This document shows positions 37,788-49,811 of a DNA stretch of 64,000 bases, in pieces. A program made the position numbers and the translations under genes. This DNA comes from Lepidodermella squamata (taxonomy: Eukaryota > Animalia > Gastrotricha), in the NCBI GenBank assembly GCA_047495785.1, contig JBLDXI010000032.1, positions 3,348,001 through 3,412,000 of the forward strand. The letters run 5' to 3'. Under the pieces are notes generated by a model, which saw only the letters and a program-made list of their open reading frames with translations, did not search any database and was not told the origin of the DNA. Numbering within the stretch: the stretch's first letter is position 1; every line of letters starts with the position of its first letter.

Positions 37788-40054
37788 TTTGGAACGATGA
37801 TCAGGTGAAGCTGAAGGCCTTATTGCAGGCGGATCCCTCGGTAAGTCTCAGTTTATACTGTATACTTACACATTTTCGCGGTAATCTTCAATTTCGCGAA
37901 TCGAATGCGATTTTTATTTTCGCTAAATTTTGAATTTACGAGGGCGATCTTCGAATAATTGCGTAAGCAAAAAATTTAAATTTTCGCTAATAATTTGAGA
38001 ATGGGTGTAGTGATCGACGGTATTTAAGCTAAGCAATTTTATCTCCACTAAATTATGTTTATCCGTAAAATTAATTTTATTTTAAGAGTTAGAGATAAAA
38101 ATAATTTTATTCTAGACTTCTGACCCCATTCCGATTGTTGCGTTGCCTGAAAATGTCCCTTTTCAACCCGGATTGTCCTGGTTTCGAGTTCAGATCAATA
38201 CAACACAAAAAACTAATATTTTTATTTTATTCTCTGGGAAGTTCGAGCTTAAAATATTTTGCGAAGCTCCAGAATCAGCCATAAATGCCGGTTTTGTTAA
38301 AATTACTAATGGGGAATATTAGGTTGAATAAAATTTAGCAGCTAAAATTTGATAAAAAATCAAGTTAAATTTTAAAAACGTGTCAGGTTTTTGATTTGTT
38401 ACTGTTGCGTCACAATAATGTGAACTTTTGACTCATTTTGAATTTTGAAGAGGACATTCAATCGGGTTATTCATTTTCGAAAAGCAAGCGAAAATGAAGC
38501 TCTTCAACCCTTTAGCTACCATCACGTCGTAACACGTGATCCGGGTATCTGTTACCAGTCCGGTCAAAAATTCACTTCTTTGCATAACATGAACAAGCAC
38601 GTTACACTTGGCCCATGTTCACACTAAATGTCATCTGTTAACCCCGTTATTTATTCGAAAAATGGGTCCAAAGATCACTCGCAAAACATGTGTCAAGTTT
38701 AGGCCTCTTTTACATAATTTATAGAAAATCAAGATGAGCTCATAAATTGATGAAAAAATACAGGTAGCCGCTGGATACTGATATGAAGCCCCAGGATTAT
38801 TTTCCCTGGAATTTTCAGAGTTCACCTTGATTTTTGAAAAAATTCTGAAAATCGGCCTCGTTTGTCGACCGTGAGTAATCAAGTGATTTGTGGTAGCTAC
38901 CAAGGTTTTGGAAACCCATTTATCACTTGATAAGCAAGTATAACGTGTTTATATTTTGCACGAACGCGTTAACTCGGGTTGGTTGGCAATATTCTCGAGC
39001 TTTTGGTTTTCAAAACTGTTCACCGCCAAAAGTGAGTAAACTCGGATCTAGAGACGTGTTTATTCATTTTTTGGAAAAATATCACGAGTTAACACATTCG
39101 GTCTAATACGAGTCGGTCCGGTAGCTAAAGGGTTAAGGCTATTACATATTTCATCTGTGGGAGAAGTATCGATTACCGATTTATCAATTTCCTACCAACA
39201 ATTTTGGGATTTTCACTATCAAGATAGAGCTTTCTCGAGCGAAACGGAAACCGCCATTTGGCAGAGATGCTCTTCAAGACAGTGGCATCAACCAGTAACC
39301 ACCGGACACCCAGGTTGAAGCGTCCCAGGGCCGAACCGGTAACAGATAGCCGGATCACGTGTGTTACGACGTGATGGTAGCTAAAAGGTTAGGGTAAAGT
39401 GTGCCGTCGAAAATTCACGTCAAAATGCTGGTCAAACCTGAAAGCCTTTATTACATCATACGCAGATTATGAAATAATGGCTAAGTTGAGATAATATGCA
39501 TTTTTTCTTAAGGAATTACGCTAAATAAATTAAAATCTTGGACCAAAATTATTTTTATCTTTAAGGAGAAAGGTCTAAAATAGCTTCGATCACTACACCC
39601 AATGTGTTTTTTGCTGATCTTGAATTCGTGAGCCAAGGTCGTCGAAATTTCACAAAAATAAAATTACCTCGAAAATGTGTACGTTAAACTCAGCTGAATT
39701 CAGTTAACATTGAATTTATCGCGATAATAGCTTGCTAATTGCGTTGACAACGACCGCGGAAATACGTCACCATTGCTAGTGGCAGCTATGAATGGCAAAA
39801 TAGGGTGCATGCGCATCCTCACGCGGCACGGTGCATCCCTGCGCCATGCGGATGCAGCCGGACGAACTGCTCTGCACTGGGCGGCTTGTCGCGGCCATCT
39901 CGAGGTTGTCAAGTACCTGGTCACCGAGTGCAGTTTCGACCCGCTGGAGACGTCACGCAAGGGCTACACCCCGGTTGATCTCAGCCGACGCAGCTGCATG
40001 ACAGCGGTTTACAACTTTCTGATGAGCGCAGCCAGCGGCATCACCCAGCCCTGA
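37788..40054 (+). CDS. Small ankyrin-repeat protein (first exon not identified)
   Basis: Exon 37788-37840 (WNDDQVKLKALLQADPS) splices in phase 0 over an 1890-nt intron to 39731 (LANCVDNDRGNTSPLLVAAMNG). Ankyrin motifs GRTALHWAACRGHLEVVKYLV and GYTPVDLS. Confidence 0.8.
37848..39692. mobile_element. Degraded foldback/inverted-repeat element spanning the ankyrin intron
   Basis: tacacattttcgcggtaat (37867-37885) pairs with 39663-39681 at 18/19. tgggtgtagtgatcga (38002-38017) pairs with 39586-39601 at 16/16. agataaaaataatttt also pairs. Confidence 0.6.
38508..39388. mobile_element. Non-autonomous piggyBac-like element (~65 bp TIRs), nested in the foldback element
   Basis: Left end CCCTTTAGCTACCATCACGTCGTAACAC... 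preceded by TCAA; right end ...GTGTTACGACGTGATGGTAGCTAAAAGG followed by TTAG. A further internal end GGTAGCTAAAGGG+TTAA lies at 39120-39136. CCC...GGG ends with TTAA flanks are piggyBac hallmarks. No transposase ORF. Confidence 0.72.
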
Positions 40055-40287
40055 AAAATCAAACCCCGAAAACAATCCAATGAAGTTTCTTTATTAAAAT
40101 TACTATATTTCGTGAATATGGTAAATAATTTTTTTGTAATTATAAGTTCAGCAAGATTCAGCCAGCAGTGATTATAGAGACAGAACTAAAAATGCATATT
40201 TTCAGTGTATGAAATACAGGTATAATAAGCAGTTCTTCATCGATCAAAAAATTCGATAAGGATAGTTAGAAAAATAAAATGTATTTC

Positions 40288-40301
40288 GTTGCCATGATAA
40301 C
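40288..40301. promoter_or_regulatory. RFX X-box-like palindrome GTTGCCATGATAAC
   Basis: Matches the X-box consensus GTHNYY-AT-RRNAAC, but sits between two convergent 3' ends, so function is uncertain. Confidence 0.3.
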
Positions 40302-40413
40302 AGATTTTCTAAAATATGTTCGCGTGGGTTAACAAAAGGAGAAATAAACATGTTATCGCTACGGTTGATTCTTTCTCTTGGCAACGGGTTTCATGTGATT
40401 ATTCGTGAAATTC

Positions 40414-43400
40414 TCAGCAGGTGAAATGGTTGGGAGCCAGCATAGATCTGGCCTCGACCACGACTTTTTGAATGCCCTTATCAGCGTCGTTCTCGTCGAT
40501 TTCAATACTCCGTTTTTCGCTGAGGAATGCGGCCAGCCAGGCCAAAGGTTGGAAATTCGACTGCAACTTGACGGCTAAATACGGCTTCTGCTTCCGGCTG
40601 ACGAGTTGCGCCTCGAAACAGCTTGTCTCACTTTTGTTGTACTCCTCGTTGTAGCAAACCAGGACAAGGTCAGCTCGGTCGATTTCCTTGCTGAGCGCAT
40701 TCTCAATGCTGATATCAGATCGGAATGTGGACGAGTCGTAGCGGACTTCGTAGTCGAAATACTCTAGAGCCCGGGCAAGTTTCTCCATCAACGGCTTGCT
40801 TCGCTTCTTGCGCCGGCAGTAACTGATAAATATCACCTTACGGCGCACTTCAATTGCTACTTTGTTGTTCTGGCGTTTCCTGAGATGAATAAAACAAATT
40901 AAGGTGGAGTTTAAGAGTAATTGAAAATCTTACTTGAGGTAGATAAAACAGCCGACAATCCCTGAACCGATGAAAACGACTAAACCAATGAGCAAGTAGG
41001 CCCACCATTGAATTTCAGGGTCCGCCTGGGTTGTATTCTCAGAAGGCTTGTTGATAAATTTCTGCGGCAAGTAAGTTGGCCTTTCATGTTTGATGACAAC
41101 CGACGCGACCTCAACATAAGGCGTGATCGGCTGTCCATTAGTTGGCAGGAGTAACGAGCAGTCGACTAGAGCATCGTAAATCGGGCTGATCCATCGACCG
41201 CTCGAGTCGGTAACTGGGCCTGATTCCGGCGTGGAAGTCTGTATTTCCCCGTTCCAGCATTGGATGGCTGTTTTGAAGGGTGAAGTGACGTTCCTGCAAA
41301 CTGCTAGACACATTTTGACGCCATCGTCCGCGGCCGAATAGTCGCTGCTGCCAGCTTTTTCAGAATGGCTCAACGCAGATTTCGCCGTCTTTCGAAATAG
41401 CCGACCGCTGTTTCTCGCCGACGGTTCCTCGCCAGCTTGAGCACTAAGTCTGGCCTCCCCACGAAATTCTTCGGCTTGCATCAGCTCCGCATCACCGGAT
41501 TGAGCTGTGAGGGGCGCAGTCGTGAGGGGCGAGGTCGTCGTTTCGGATAATGGCGTAGAAGCAGTGGTTACCTCCTCAGGAATCGGGGAGCTGCTGATTT
41601 CAACATCGCCCGTAACTGGAGGCGTTTCAGTTTCTGCTGGTTGCGAATTTGTCGTTGACTCCTCGACTGATTCTTCCAACTTACGTTCCGCTAAGGGAGT
41701 CACTGGATCAGGTGTAGAAGTAGCGAATTGCTCTTCAATTACTGGCTCCGTGGTCAGCAGTTCAGATGCATCGGATTGCGAGGTTGTAGCAGCTTCCGTA
41801 GGCTGATTATCACCTTCTGTAACAGTAGTGGGCATTGTTTCAGTTTCAGTAACAGGTTGCGGTGTAGAGGTTATCACTTCACTGATAACAACCACATCTA
41901 CTCGGCTCGGAATTGAGCTGGTTTCTAGAAAATCTGCAACGGTCGATGGGGCTGTTGAACTGCCTTCACTATCGACTAAAATTCGATCGTTCAGACGGGC
42001 TCGATCTGCAACGGTTGATGGTGCTGTTGAACTACCTTCACCGTCGACTAAAATTAGATCTTTTAGATGGGTGCTGGAGCTGATTGTTGCTTCAGGTAGC
42101 GAATTTCCTTCAGTTTCTTCAGGGATGTTCATCTCGATGATCTCTTCAGTCTTCTCGGTAACCACAGGAGGCTGAGTTGTAGCTTCATAACGCGTGGATG
42201 CGGGAACTTCTGTGGATGGCATAGGGGTTGTTTCAGCTATGGTTGACGTAGACTCACGCGGCGTAGTCGGCGGAGAGGGGTTCGTGCTTGAGATCTCATC
42301 CAGCGGCTCCTGGAGACGAATTGCTGCCGGACTGTCGTTCAAACCAGTGCCGTAGTTGTCTTCAGAGGGGGGATCGTTAGCGGCGCCAGAATCTGAATCG
42401 CCGTTTTCTGCAGGGCCATCGAAACTACTCCTCTCGCCGCCCGAAGGGCCTGCGTTGTTAGCAGCAGCCGGCGTAGCTTTTTGGGTGGTCGGCGATTCAG
42501 TCGGAGGCGCATCAGTGATTCCATTCATAATCGTCGAGCAGATGAACCGATGCCGTATCTCGGTGAGATTTGCGCAACGCGTGCTCAGAAAGCCATACTC
42601 CCCGCCAGAATCAACGGTAATCGCCGAGCAACTGTAAGCAGCAGGCGCGACTGGCTCGTTGCGAACTATCCAGCCGTCAAACTGCATCATCGTACCGTCA
42701 AGGAAGAACCACTGCTTACTTGTTGCTCCAACCCAAATTTGCACGTTGTTTTGGTTCCATTGATACAGCAGCTTGTTAATCGTGTTCTGTGTGTACTGGT
42801 AGGGAATTTTCGCGAGTTGGCCACCCTTCAACCGACACGCCCGTTCGGCTTGACTCCAAGAAAGGGAGGTTGTTGCGTAGAGATGGTAGCAAGCGTTGAT
42901 GTCACAACTAATACTGTCGACGTCTGCTGAAGTAATGAAGATTTTAGGGTTGAATTCACAGATGTAAGGCAGAGGGACAGCGCATCCGACATCGACCCAA
43001 TAATTGCTCTGGGTACTGTCGATCTGAACAGCGGCACAACTTCCGAAAACCGAGGGACGGCCAGGCTGCCAGTGGTCGAAAGATCGCTCGGCCGACGAGA
43101 AGACAATGCTGTTGAACAGACCGCCGCACATTTGATCGGTCGATCCTGAGCAGGGTACGCTGCAGTTCGAGGCCGGGCGTTTCCAGATGAAGGTGTCTGA
43201 GCAGTAGCAGAATGAGCCGTGGTGAATCGCCGCGTACAACATGCTTTGCTTTGAGCAGAAATCCATGCATTTATCGTGGCTCATCAGCGTCGACGATGAG
43301 TAGGTCTTCAACTCAGATTTCTCTGTCCAGCCGTTTTCGTAACACCCCTGGCCCCGTAACGGTCCACTCTGCGGCGCCCACTGCCACGGCATGTTGATGT

Positions 43401-43683
43401 AACGCAGGCCGGTCATAACGTCAGACCAATTTCGGGCGTAGACAGCCTTAGCGAGCTGGAACGTTTGGCTCTGAGTTCGAACCGTTGCGAGTTGTTTGTT
43501 ATTCTTGGCGCAAAATGCCTGCGCGTCGTCGAACGAGTCGATGGTTCTGTCCTCATGAAACGAGTAGCAAATGTTCTCGTATTGCTGGTCAGTCGACTCC
43601 GAGCAAGTAATGGCCGATGTTTGGCTGGAAATTGAGGCTAGCACGCCGAGTATCAGGGCGATTGATGAGGGTTTCCGTTTCAT
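40414..43683 (-). CDS. Predicted 1071-aa single-pass receptor: signal peptide, C-type lectin with inserted WSC domain, second C-type lectin, Ser/Thr/Pro/Glu stalk, TM helix, TIR (TIR_2-type) domain
   Basis: Exon 43683-40934 splices in phase 2 over the 54-nt intron 40933-40880 to give CFIYLK-KRQNNKVAIEVRRKVIFISY. CTLD motifs (CYSF, AQAFC, LATV, WVDVGC..LPYICE; SWSQAERACRLKGGQLA, IWVGA); WSC (GCY...CMDFC...CYC...CSVPCSGSTDQMCGG); TM WWAYLLIGLVVFIGSGIVGCFIYL; TIR IFISY...YNKSETSCFEA...FQPLAWL. Confidence 0.88.
41932..42065 (-). repeat. 72-bp (24-aa) in-frame duplication in the receptor stalk (ILVDxEGSSTAPSTVAD x2)
   Basis: atctgcaacgg... occurs at 41932 and 42004. Confidence 0.85.
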
Positions 43684-45326
43684 GACGATCGGGACGATGA
43701 ATGACCAAACTGCCGACGAGGCTGGCAGGCGAACAGTTTGGTACGTTGCTAAACTACAGCAATGACAAGGCTTGATGGTGGAGCATATGCGGAAAAAATT
43801 GTATCTATATGTTATATCGGCGGGAAATTCTACTGTTATTATTATTATTTTTGCTCAGGCAGGCAAGCACATAGTGCCGGCGGTTCTACATTGATCGCGA
43901 CCACCGTCCACGTAGGGTTCATTAGTTATGCGCCGGCGAGATTAGGATATTGGAAATCATTTCGTCGTGATGTCGTCGGGGCGACCTCAACTCTCGTCTC
44001 ACTTGTTATGCATAGGATAGCGAGCGCGCCAGGCTCTGGCCGCCTCGTCTTCGATCGCCTGTGTGCGCCGTGTCGCCTAAAAAATAAAAAGGTGTTTTCC
44101 CAATGGCCGGCTGTGTATACCGATCGACGGCGCACTGATCGACGAACAGCTGCTCTGCTGTAGCCGCATCTTGGCGTAATTGCACTCGCTATCTTCACTC
44201 GGTTGTTGCGCGAAAAAGAATGCGGCTATAGCAACGACGCGACTATGATGCCTTGTGGTATACTTACGCCTACTTTGTACTGATGACGGTGTTTAATATC
44301 AAGGGTTAATTACACAGAAAAACACAACTTGCACCTGATATCGCTAGGCTTCTGCTGGTGCTGTTGATTTTTGCGCGATATATGGTATGGTCTCAACTTT
44401 GAATGTATATAGTGAATATTTTATTCGATTTTCACGGCGGAGTGATAACTGAGCAAATATCTGATAGTCGGATGGGCAATATATATCGTAACAGGTACGC
44501 TCCACACCTTTGTCTACACTATAACACTTCCTTGCACTGGGCAAAACAAATACCGAAATGGTACAATTTTTTCACCTTAGAGTTTGAGTTGTAGCACCGA
44601 TCTAATAACTGAACGTGGGAAAAATTGTTAAATAAAACGGTTGTAGGAAGAAACAGGAAGTTTCTTGCGTTACGAGTTCCGAACTTGAAGTCACGAATTT
44701 CGAGTGCACTCATCATCTACGAGTGTAAAGCATTGGGTTTCATTTATAAAGCATTGCAAGCGTTCTGATTTTCTCGTCTCAGGACAAGACGTGGTACGCG
44801 GACAAGTTTTGTCTGTGAACTAACTCCATAGAGCTCTATGACTAACTCAGACAAACCTGTGCTATAGTATAAGCTATAATAAGCATGATTGAAGTAAACC
44901 GCGGACAAGGGACACCGGCGCAGACGGCAGACTCAATCAATCAATAGCTCAGTCTGGCGAAGCTCGTCTATATCCGTTCCAGGCGTGTCCAGGTTGCAAT
45001 CCACCTAAATTTGGCGAAAACCCAGGAGAAGTATGCGCTCATCTCATAAGAATAAACTGGACAGACAGACGAAATTAAGCTTCATCATTAGCTGGATGGG
45101 GTTTCTTCACTTCTGACTCATCATGCTGGATATTTCGCGTTTGAAACTGGCATATCGAGATTTTATTTGTACAACCATCCGCCTCTCGGCGCTCTAGGCG
45201 CGATAACTTATGCCACGTAGATTAGGTTAAAGTAGTCGATAAAATATTCATGTGGAAGTTTTTAGAAAAATCTGAAGAATTTACAAAACGGAGTTTATAA
45301 AACATATTAAAAACGAGCGTGTGTAG

Positions 45327-48231
45327 TTAATTGGTGTCAAATGTCATCCAGTTCCTGGGGTCGATTTGGAGGTTGTAAGCGGGCTTCGGTTGATTTCGAA
45401 TATGCCACGCTGGGCAGCGTTTTTCAATTTCATGTGCTGTATCGGTAGAAGGTGTCAGGGTCGATATGTGGTCTAGATACTTGGCAGTTACGAGTGAGCT
45501 AGCGAGACAGCGTTCGCCGTATCTCTTTAGGGCTTCATCAAACTTGAGGTCGATGCCGGGGACTCCGGCAAATGCTATGACGTCGATAGGGTGGGTTTCG
45601 TGAGGAAGGCTCAAAAGGGCTCTCAGGCAGTAGGCTTGCAGGTCCACCAGGCGGCTCAAGGATGAAGGGCTCAGGCAGGACCAGGCAGGCGCACCGTAAA
45701 GTAGGATCGGCTCCAAAAGAGTCTGGTAAAACAAAACACAAACCCTTTTGGGTAACAACTTAGTTTTTAAAATCCCATACAGAGACCCGACGCGTTGTCG
45801 GATCTTTGACGCGATTACGTCGATGTGATGCGACCAGGACAATTGTGGGGTCAGATGCAGGCCCAGATACCGCACCTGGTTGACTTGAGGGATGGCTTGG
45901 CCATACAGCTCGAGATGGATTGAGGGAGGTGTATTTCCGTAGTGGCCGAAGATGATAGCCTCGCATTTTTGCGGGTTCAGCATTAGCCGCCATCGTTTAC
46001 ACCACCTTTCGGTGGCACTGAGCCTTTTTTGCAGGCGCTTGACACAGACATTGTAGTTGTCGCCATATGCCCAGTTGATGGCGTCGTCGGCGTAAGTGCC
46101 TTTGGCGACACGACGTGCTCCGTCATCAGGGTTACAGCTTTTGGGCTGCATGTCGTTGGCATAAAAAATGAAAAGAAGCGGTGACAAGGGCGAGCCTTGC
46201 GGCACGCCGCAATAGATGTTCCTCGTTGCAGATAGCTCGCTTCCCACTCGGACTTGAAATGATCGGCCACGCAGGAAGTCAGAGACCCACCTTACTATTG
46301 GCACCGGTACCCCCGACTGCTCTAGCTTGAGACGCAGCCCGTCGTGCCAAATACAATCGAAAGCTGCTTTAAAATCCAGTAAAAGTGCAACAAGTTTCTT
46401 ACGTTTCGCTATCGAGAGGCCCACATCGCTGATAAATAAAAATAAGGGGTCGTTGGTAGAATGTAGTGGCTGAAAACCGAATTGGTGTCGTGGTAGTAAA
46501 TTGTTCAGGATTAAAAATCGATATAAAAACTTGGCAACAACAATTTCGAGACCTTTTGCAATCGCTGGCAGAAGAGAAACCGGCCTGTAGGAGTCCGGCA
46601 ACCTCGAGTCCTTACCCTCTTTGAGAATTGGGATGATGATGGCGACTTTCCACTTTTTCGGTACATAGCCGCAGTTTAAGCTGAGCTGGTACAGATACCT
46701 CAGATGTTTTGCCAAATTCTTACCTCCATGTTTCAGTAGGACGTTAGACACGTTGTCGCGGCCCGGAGCCTTCCATTTGAGCGATTTCATCATCTGCCTT
46801 ACCGCCCATTTCGGGACCCTTACCTGGACCCGCTTGGGTATGACACCTAGGGGCTTCATTGCTTCGCTTTTTGACATGTCGTCGGTAGTTTGGTCCCAAA
46901 ATCGCTGGTCTTCTGTCAAATTTGAGGTTATCGGCGGACCTTTCAGAACATTACCAAATGTTTCGGCAAGTAGCTCGCATTTGGCAGCATCGTCGGTGAC
47001 TCCTAAGCCTTTCGAGTTGGTTAAGATAGCAATTTTACGGTTTCGGCGTCGTCCTATGAGACGGCCGTTTACGGCTTGCCACGCTTGCCTTGTCTGATGC
47101 TGTTTGAATAGTCTAGCTAGCCTTTGAAGAAATTTTTCACAAGCACGAAGTTTTTCTTGAGCAATCAGAATTTTGATTTCTTTGTTCAGCCTATTCACAC
47201 TGGATTTGGCTTCGGAGGAATTTGTTTTGTCAAAAAGTCGCTGTAATTTATTTCTTTGCTCTAGTAGCGTAGCAATCTCTTTTGTGAGACGCCAGCTTGA
47301 AAGCTTGTATTCCTTACTTTTGGGTATAGTTTCGGCTGCCGCCCGCTGGATTGCTTCGACAATCGCGTCTGAGTAAGTCTCGATGCTTTCGACCGGGTCT
47401 CCTGGCTTGGGTTTAACAGGGTCGGCGATCTCCGCGAGCCAATGCTTCAGCCGCTCCTCGAAGCGCGTCCAATTGGCTTTGAAAAAGTCGAGTCTAGGTT
47501 CGTAGTTGTTTGCCGCTTCCGGGGGGTCTGGACTGGCTCGAAAGTTCACTTTAATTCTTGTGGCACAGTGGTCGCTGCCGTACTTGTCCTCGACCACGGC
47601 CGGACCCGTAAGGAGTGGGAGCACCGCCTGATTCGCCAACCATATGTCGATTTGTCGACCATAACCACTGTGCGAGAAGTGGGTTGGGGTGCCGTCGCTC
47701 ATCAGAGTGTGACCTTCCGAGTTTAGCCATGCAGCCAGGGCGGTTCCTGCTGGGTTTTTGCTGATGGGGTCGGATAACGTGGGGTGCCAGCAGTTTAGGT
47801 CGCCGGCAAATAAGCATGGTTGGTTTGGGTCGGTCGTGCCACCTAAAGCTATGTTCAAAAAAGTAAGATCAAGAGGGTAATTTGGAGAGCTGTATCCAGT
47901 TGCAACTGTGAGCTTTCGACCGTTTGAATCTGCCACTTTGAGCGCGAGCCACTCGCTGTGGTCAGTTGCGTATTGGAATGCTTCGACCACTCGAATTGAG
48001 TTCTTCACTGCTATTGCCACGCCGCCGTACATAACATTATTTGCTGCCTTTTCTTTCCTATCTAACCTGAAAACAGTAAAATTTGGGATGTGAAAATCAT
48101 CGTTATCGTCTAGCCATGTTTCGTTGATGAGCAAAATATCTAACATCAATGTTTGTATCAAAAAAAATAATCTCAGCTAATCTCAACGTTACTTTGCAAT
48201 GACCCGAATTCCATTGCCCTACCCAACACAT
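45327..48231 (-). CDS. LINE ORF2: AP endonuclease + reverse transcriptase (one-base frameshift near the 5' end)
   Basis: APE motifs INETWL, GGVAI, GDLN, SDH; RT motifs KAPGRD, YRPVSLL, QFGF, LDFKAAFD, GVPQGSPLSP, YADD, YLG. The main ORF is 45327-48161; the expected QWN start motif lies in another frame beginning at ATG 48231. Confidence 0.93.
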
Positions 48232-49811
48232 GATGACTTATCGGGAGGGGTCGATTTGTTACCTTGATTGTTCAAGTGCTTGGCCGTCGCGGGTTTACTG
48301 GGTTTACCTGCTGGGACATCCGTGCTTCGGACATAGTCCCCTGAAGTGATCTGGCCCCACTCTCTTGCGGCCTCGTCGTGTGTGGGTGCTGGCGTCTGCA
48401 TGGTGGCTAGGAAATTTGACATTGTGCGAAAGTTCACCTCAAGGCGGGATATTGCGTCGGCAAGTGTCTGGAGCTTGGAGTGAAGATCGCCTAGCAGCTG
48501 GCTCCTTAGCTTCTCGACGACAAGTGGGGCAATCTTCGTGGCGATATCTTCCATTAGCCGGTCGCTGTGAAATATCTGTTTGGGCTGGATTTGCCAGGCC
48601 GGAGTTATTGGTGGAGGAGCTGGTATGAATGTCGGTTGTAGCGGCGGCGACGCCTCGTCAGTAGGAGCTCCTGTGTCTTTTCTACCTTGAATTTTGGCAA
48701 TTTTGGAAAGAACACGCTCTTCGTCACGTTTGACTGCATTAACGACTGCCTTGCAACCACCCCAGTTCGCCGAGTGTGGACCGTTGCAATTAGCGCATTT
48801 ACGAGCACTCGGCTTGTCCTTCAGTTCGCAATCTCTGGTGTAATGCTCGCCGGCACACCATCCGCATTTTTTGACGGTTGATCGGCAGTGCTTGGTCAGA
48901 TGATCGTGGCTTTGACAAGCGTTGCACCTGATGGGGTGGTGAACAGCTTTCAACTCCTTGCCTTTGATCCTGCATATGCTGAAAAGTAACCCATCTCCCT
49001 TGGTTAATTGCTTCGCCAGCTCCACTGTTTTCATGTAGCAAAATACTTTACCATGGGTAACTGCGACGTCTTCGACCTTCTCGGCCCATTTCGTCTTTAT
49101 CGCTTCTGCTGAGATCGTGCTGGGGAACCCTGTGCATTCGACAGCTCGCCCTTCAGCCTGCGCTGTTTTACGAGCATCGTTGGACGTTGGTTTACGTTGG
49201 TTTGTCTTGGCTTCATCTGGGAAATATTCATAATATTTCTCCGTGCGATGAACTCGAATGCCTCCCCCGAAGGCGTCTTCCGCCCAGCCTTTAAGAATCA
49301 TAGCATCAGATGCCATTTCGGGGGTTTCAAAGGTGATTCGGGCTCCTCCCATGCCAAGGACGACCAGTCTGGAAATTCTGACCTTACCGTCAGTTGCTCT
49401 GTCGAGTTCCGTGATCATGTCGCCGTCATTTTTAAAATCGGGCGAAATGTCGTCGATGACTACCACGCACTTTTCGCGCGCGCGAGCGGCAGCTTGCGCC
49501 GCCTTCTTGGCATCTTCGCTTTCCCGTGATTCCTGTTCGTAGGTCGGAGTTTGGCTCATCGAGGATGCCCTCCCCCTGGTGATGGTTCCGGGAGTTTTGC
49601 GGCGAAGATCTTCGTTGGTTACTGGCTTTTTTGCCGTAGTACCTGCGCCGTTAATTACCTTTGTCGCTGGTTCTCCGGTTGGTGATGGCTGCGAGGCCCT
49701 CGACGGTGACTGTTGTCTGCTCGCTGGCGTGGAACCGCTCCCGCCGATTGCCCCAGGCAGCAGGGAACCCTTGATGGGGATGGAGGGGTTTGAAGGGTGT
49801 GCTTCAGACAT
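48219..49811 (-). CDS. LINE ORF1 gag-like nucleic acid-binding protein
   Basis: Three CCHC knuckles (CNACQSHDHLTKHC, CGWCAGEHYTRDC, CANCNGPHSANWGGC) directly upstream of ORF2. Confidence 0.9.
   Translation of the reverse strand: MSEAHPSNPSIPIKGSLLPGAIGGSGSTPASRQQSPSRASQPSPTGEPATKVINGAGTTAKKPVTNEDLRRKTPGTITRGRASSMSQTPTYEQESRESEDAKKAAQAAARAREKCVVVIDDISPDFKNDGDMITELDRATDGKVRISRLVVLGMGGARITFETPEMASDAMILKGWAEDAFGGGIRVHRTEKYYEYFPDEAKTNQRKPTSNDARKTAQAEGRAVECTGFPSTISAEAIKTKWAEKVEDVAVTHGKVFCYMKTVELAKQLTKGDGLLFSICRIKGKELKAVHHPIRCNACQSHDHLTKHCRSTVKKCGWCAGEHYTRDCELKDKPSARKCANCNGPHSANWGGCKAVVNAVKRDEERVLSKIAKIQGRKDTGAPTDEASPPLQPTFIPAPPPITPAWQIQPKQIFHSDRLMEDIATKIAPLVVEKLRSQLLGDLHSKLQTLADAISRLEVNFRTMSNFLATMQTPAPTHDEAAREWGQITSGDYVRSTDVPAGKPSKPATAKHLNNQGNKSTPPDKSSCVG

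Noticed and set aside
43762-44198. Overlapping ORFs upstream of the receptor
   Set aside because: GC-rich promoter/5' region; no protein-like signal or splice support.
44344-44716. Cys-containing minus-strand ORF pieces, possibly a gene disrupted by the LINE together with 50335-51165
   Set aside because: No consistent spliced model or recognisable domain could be built.
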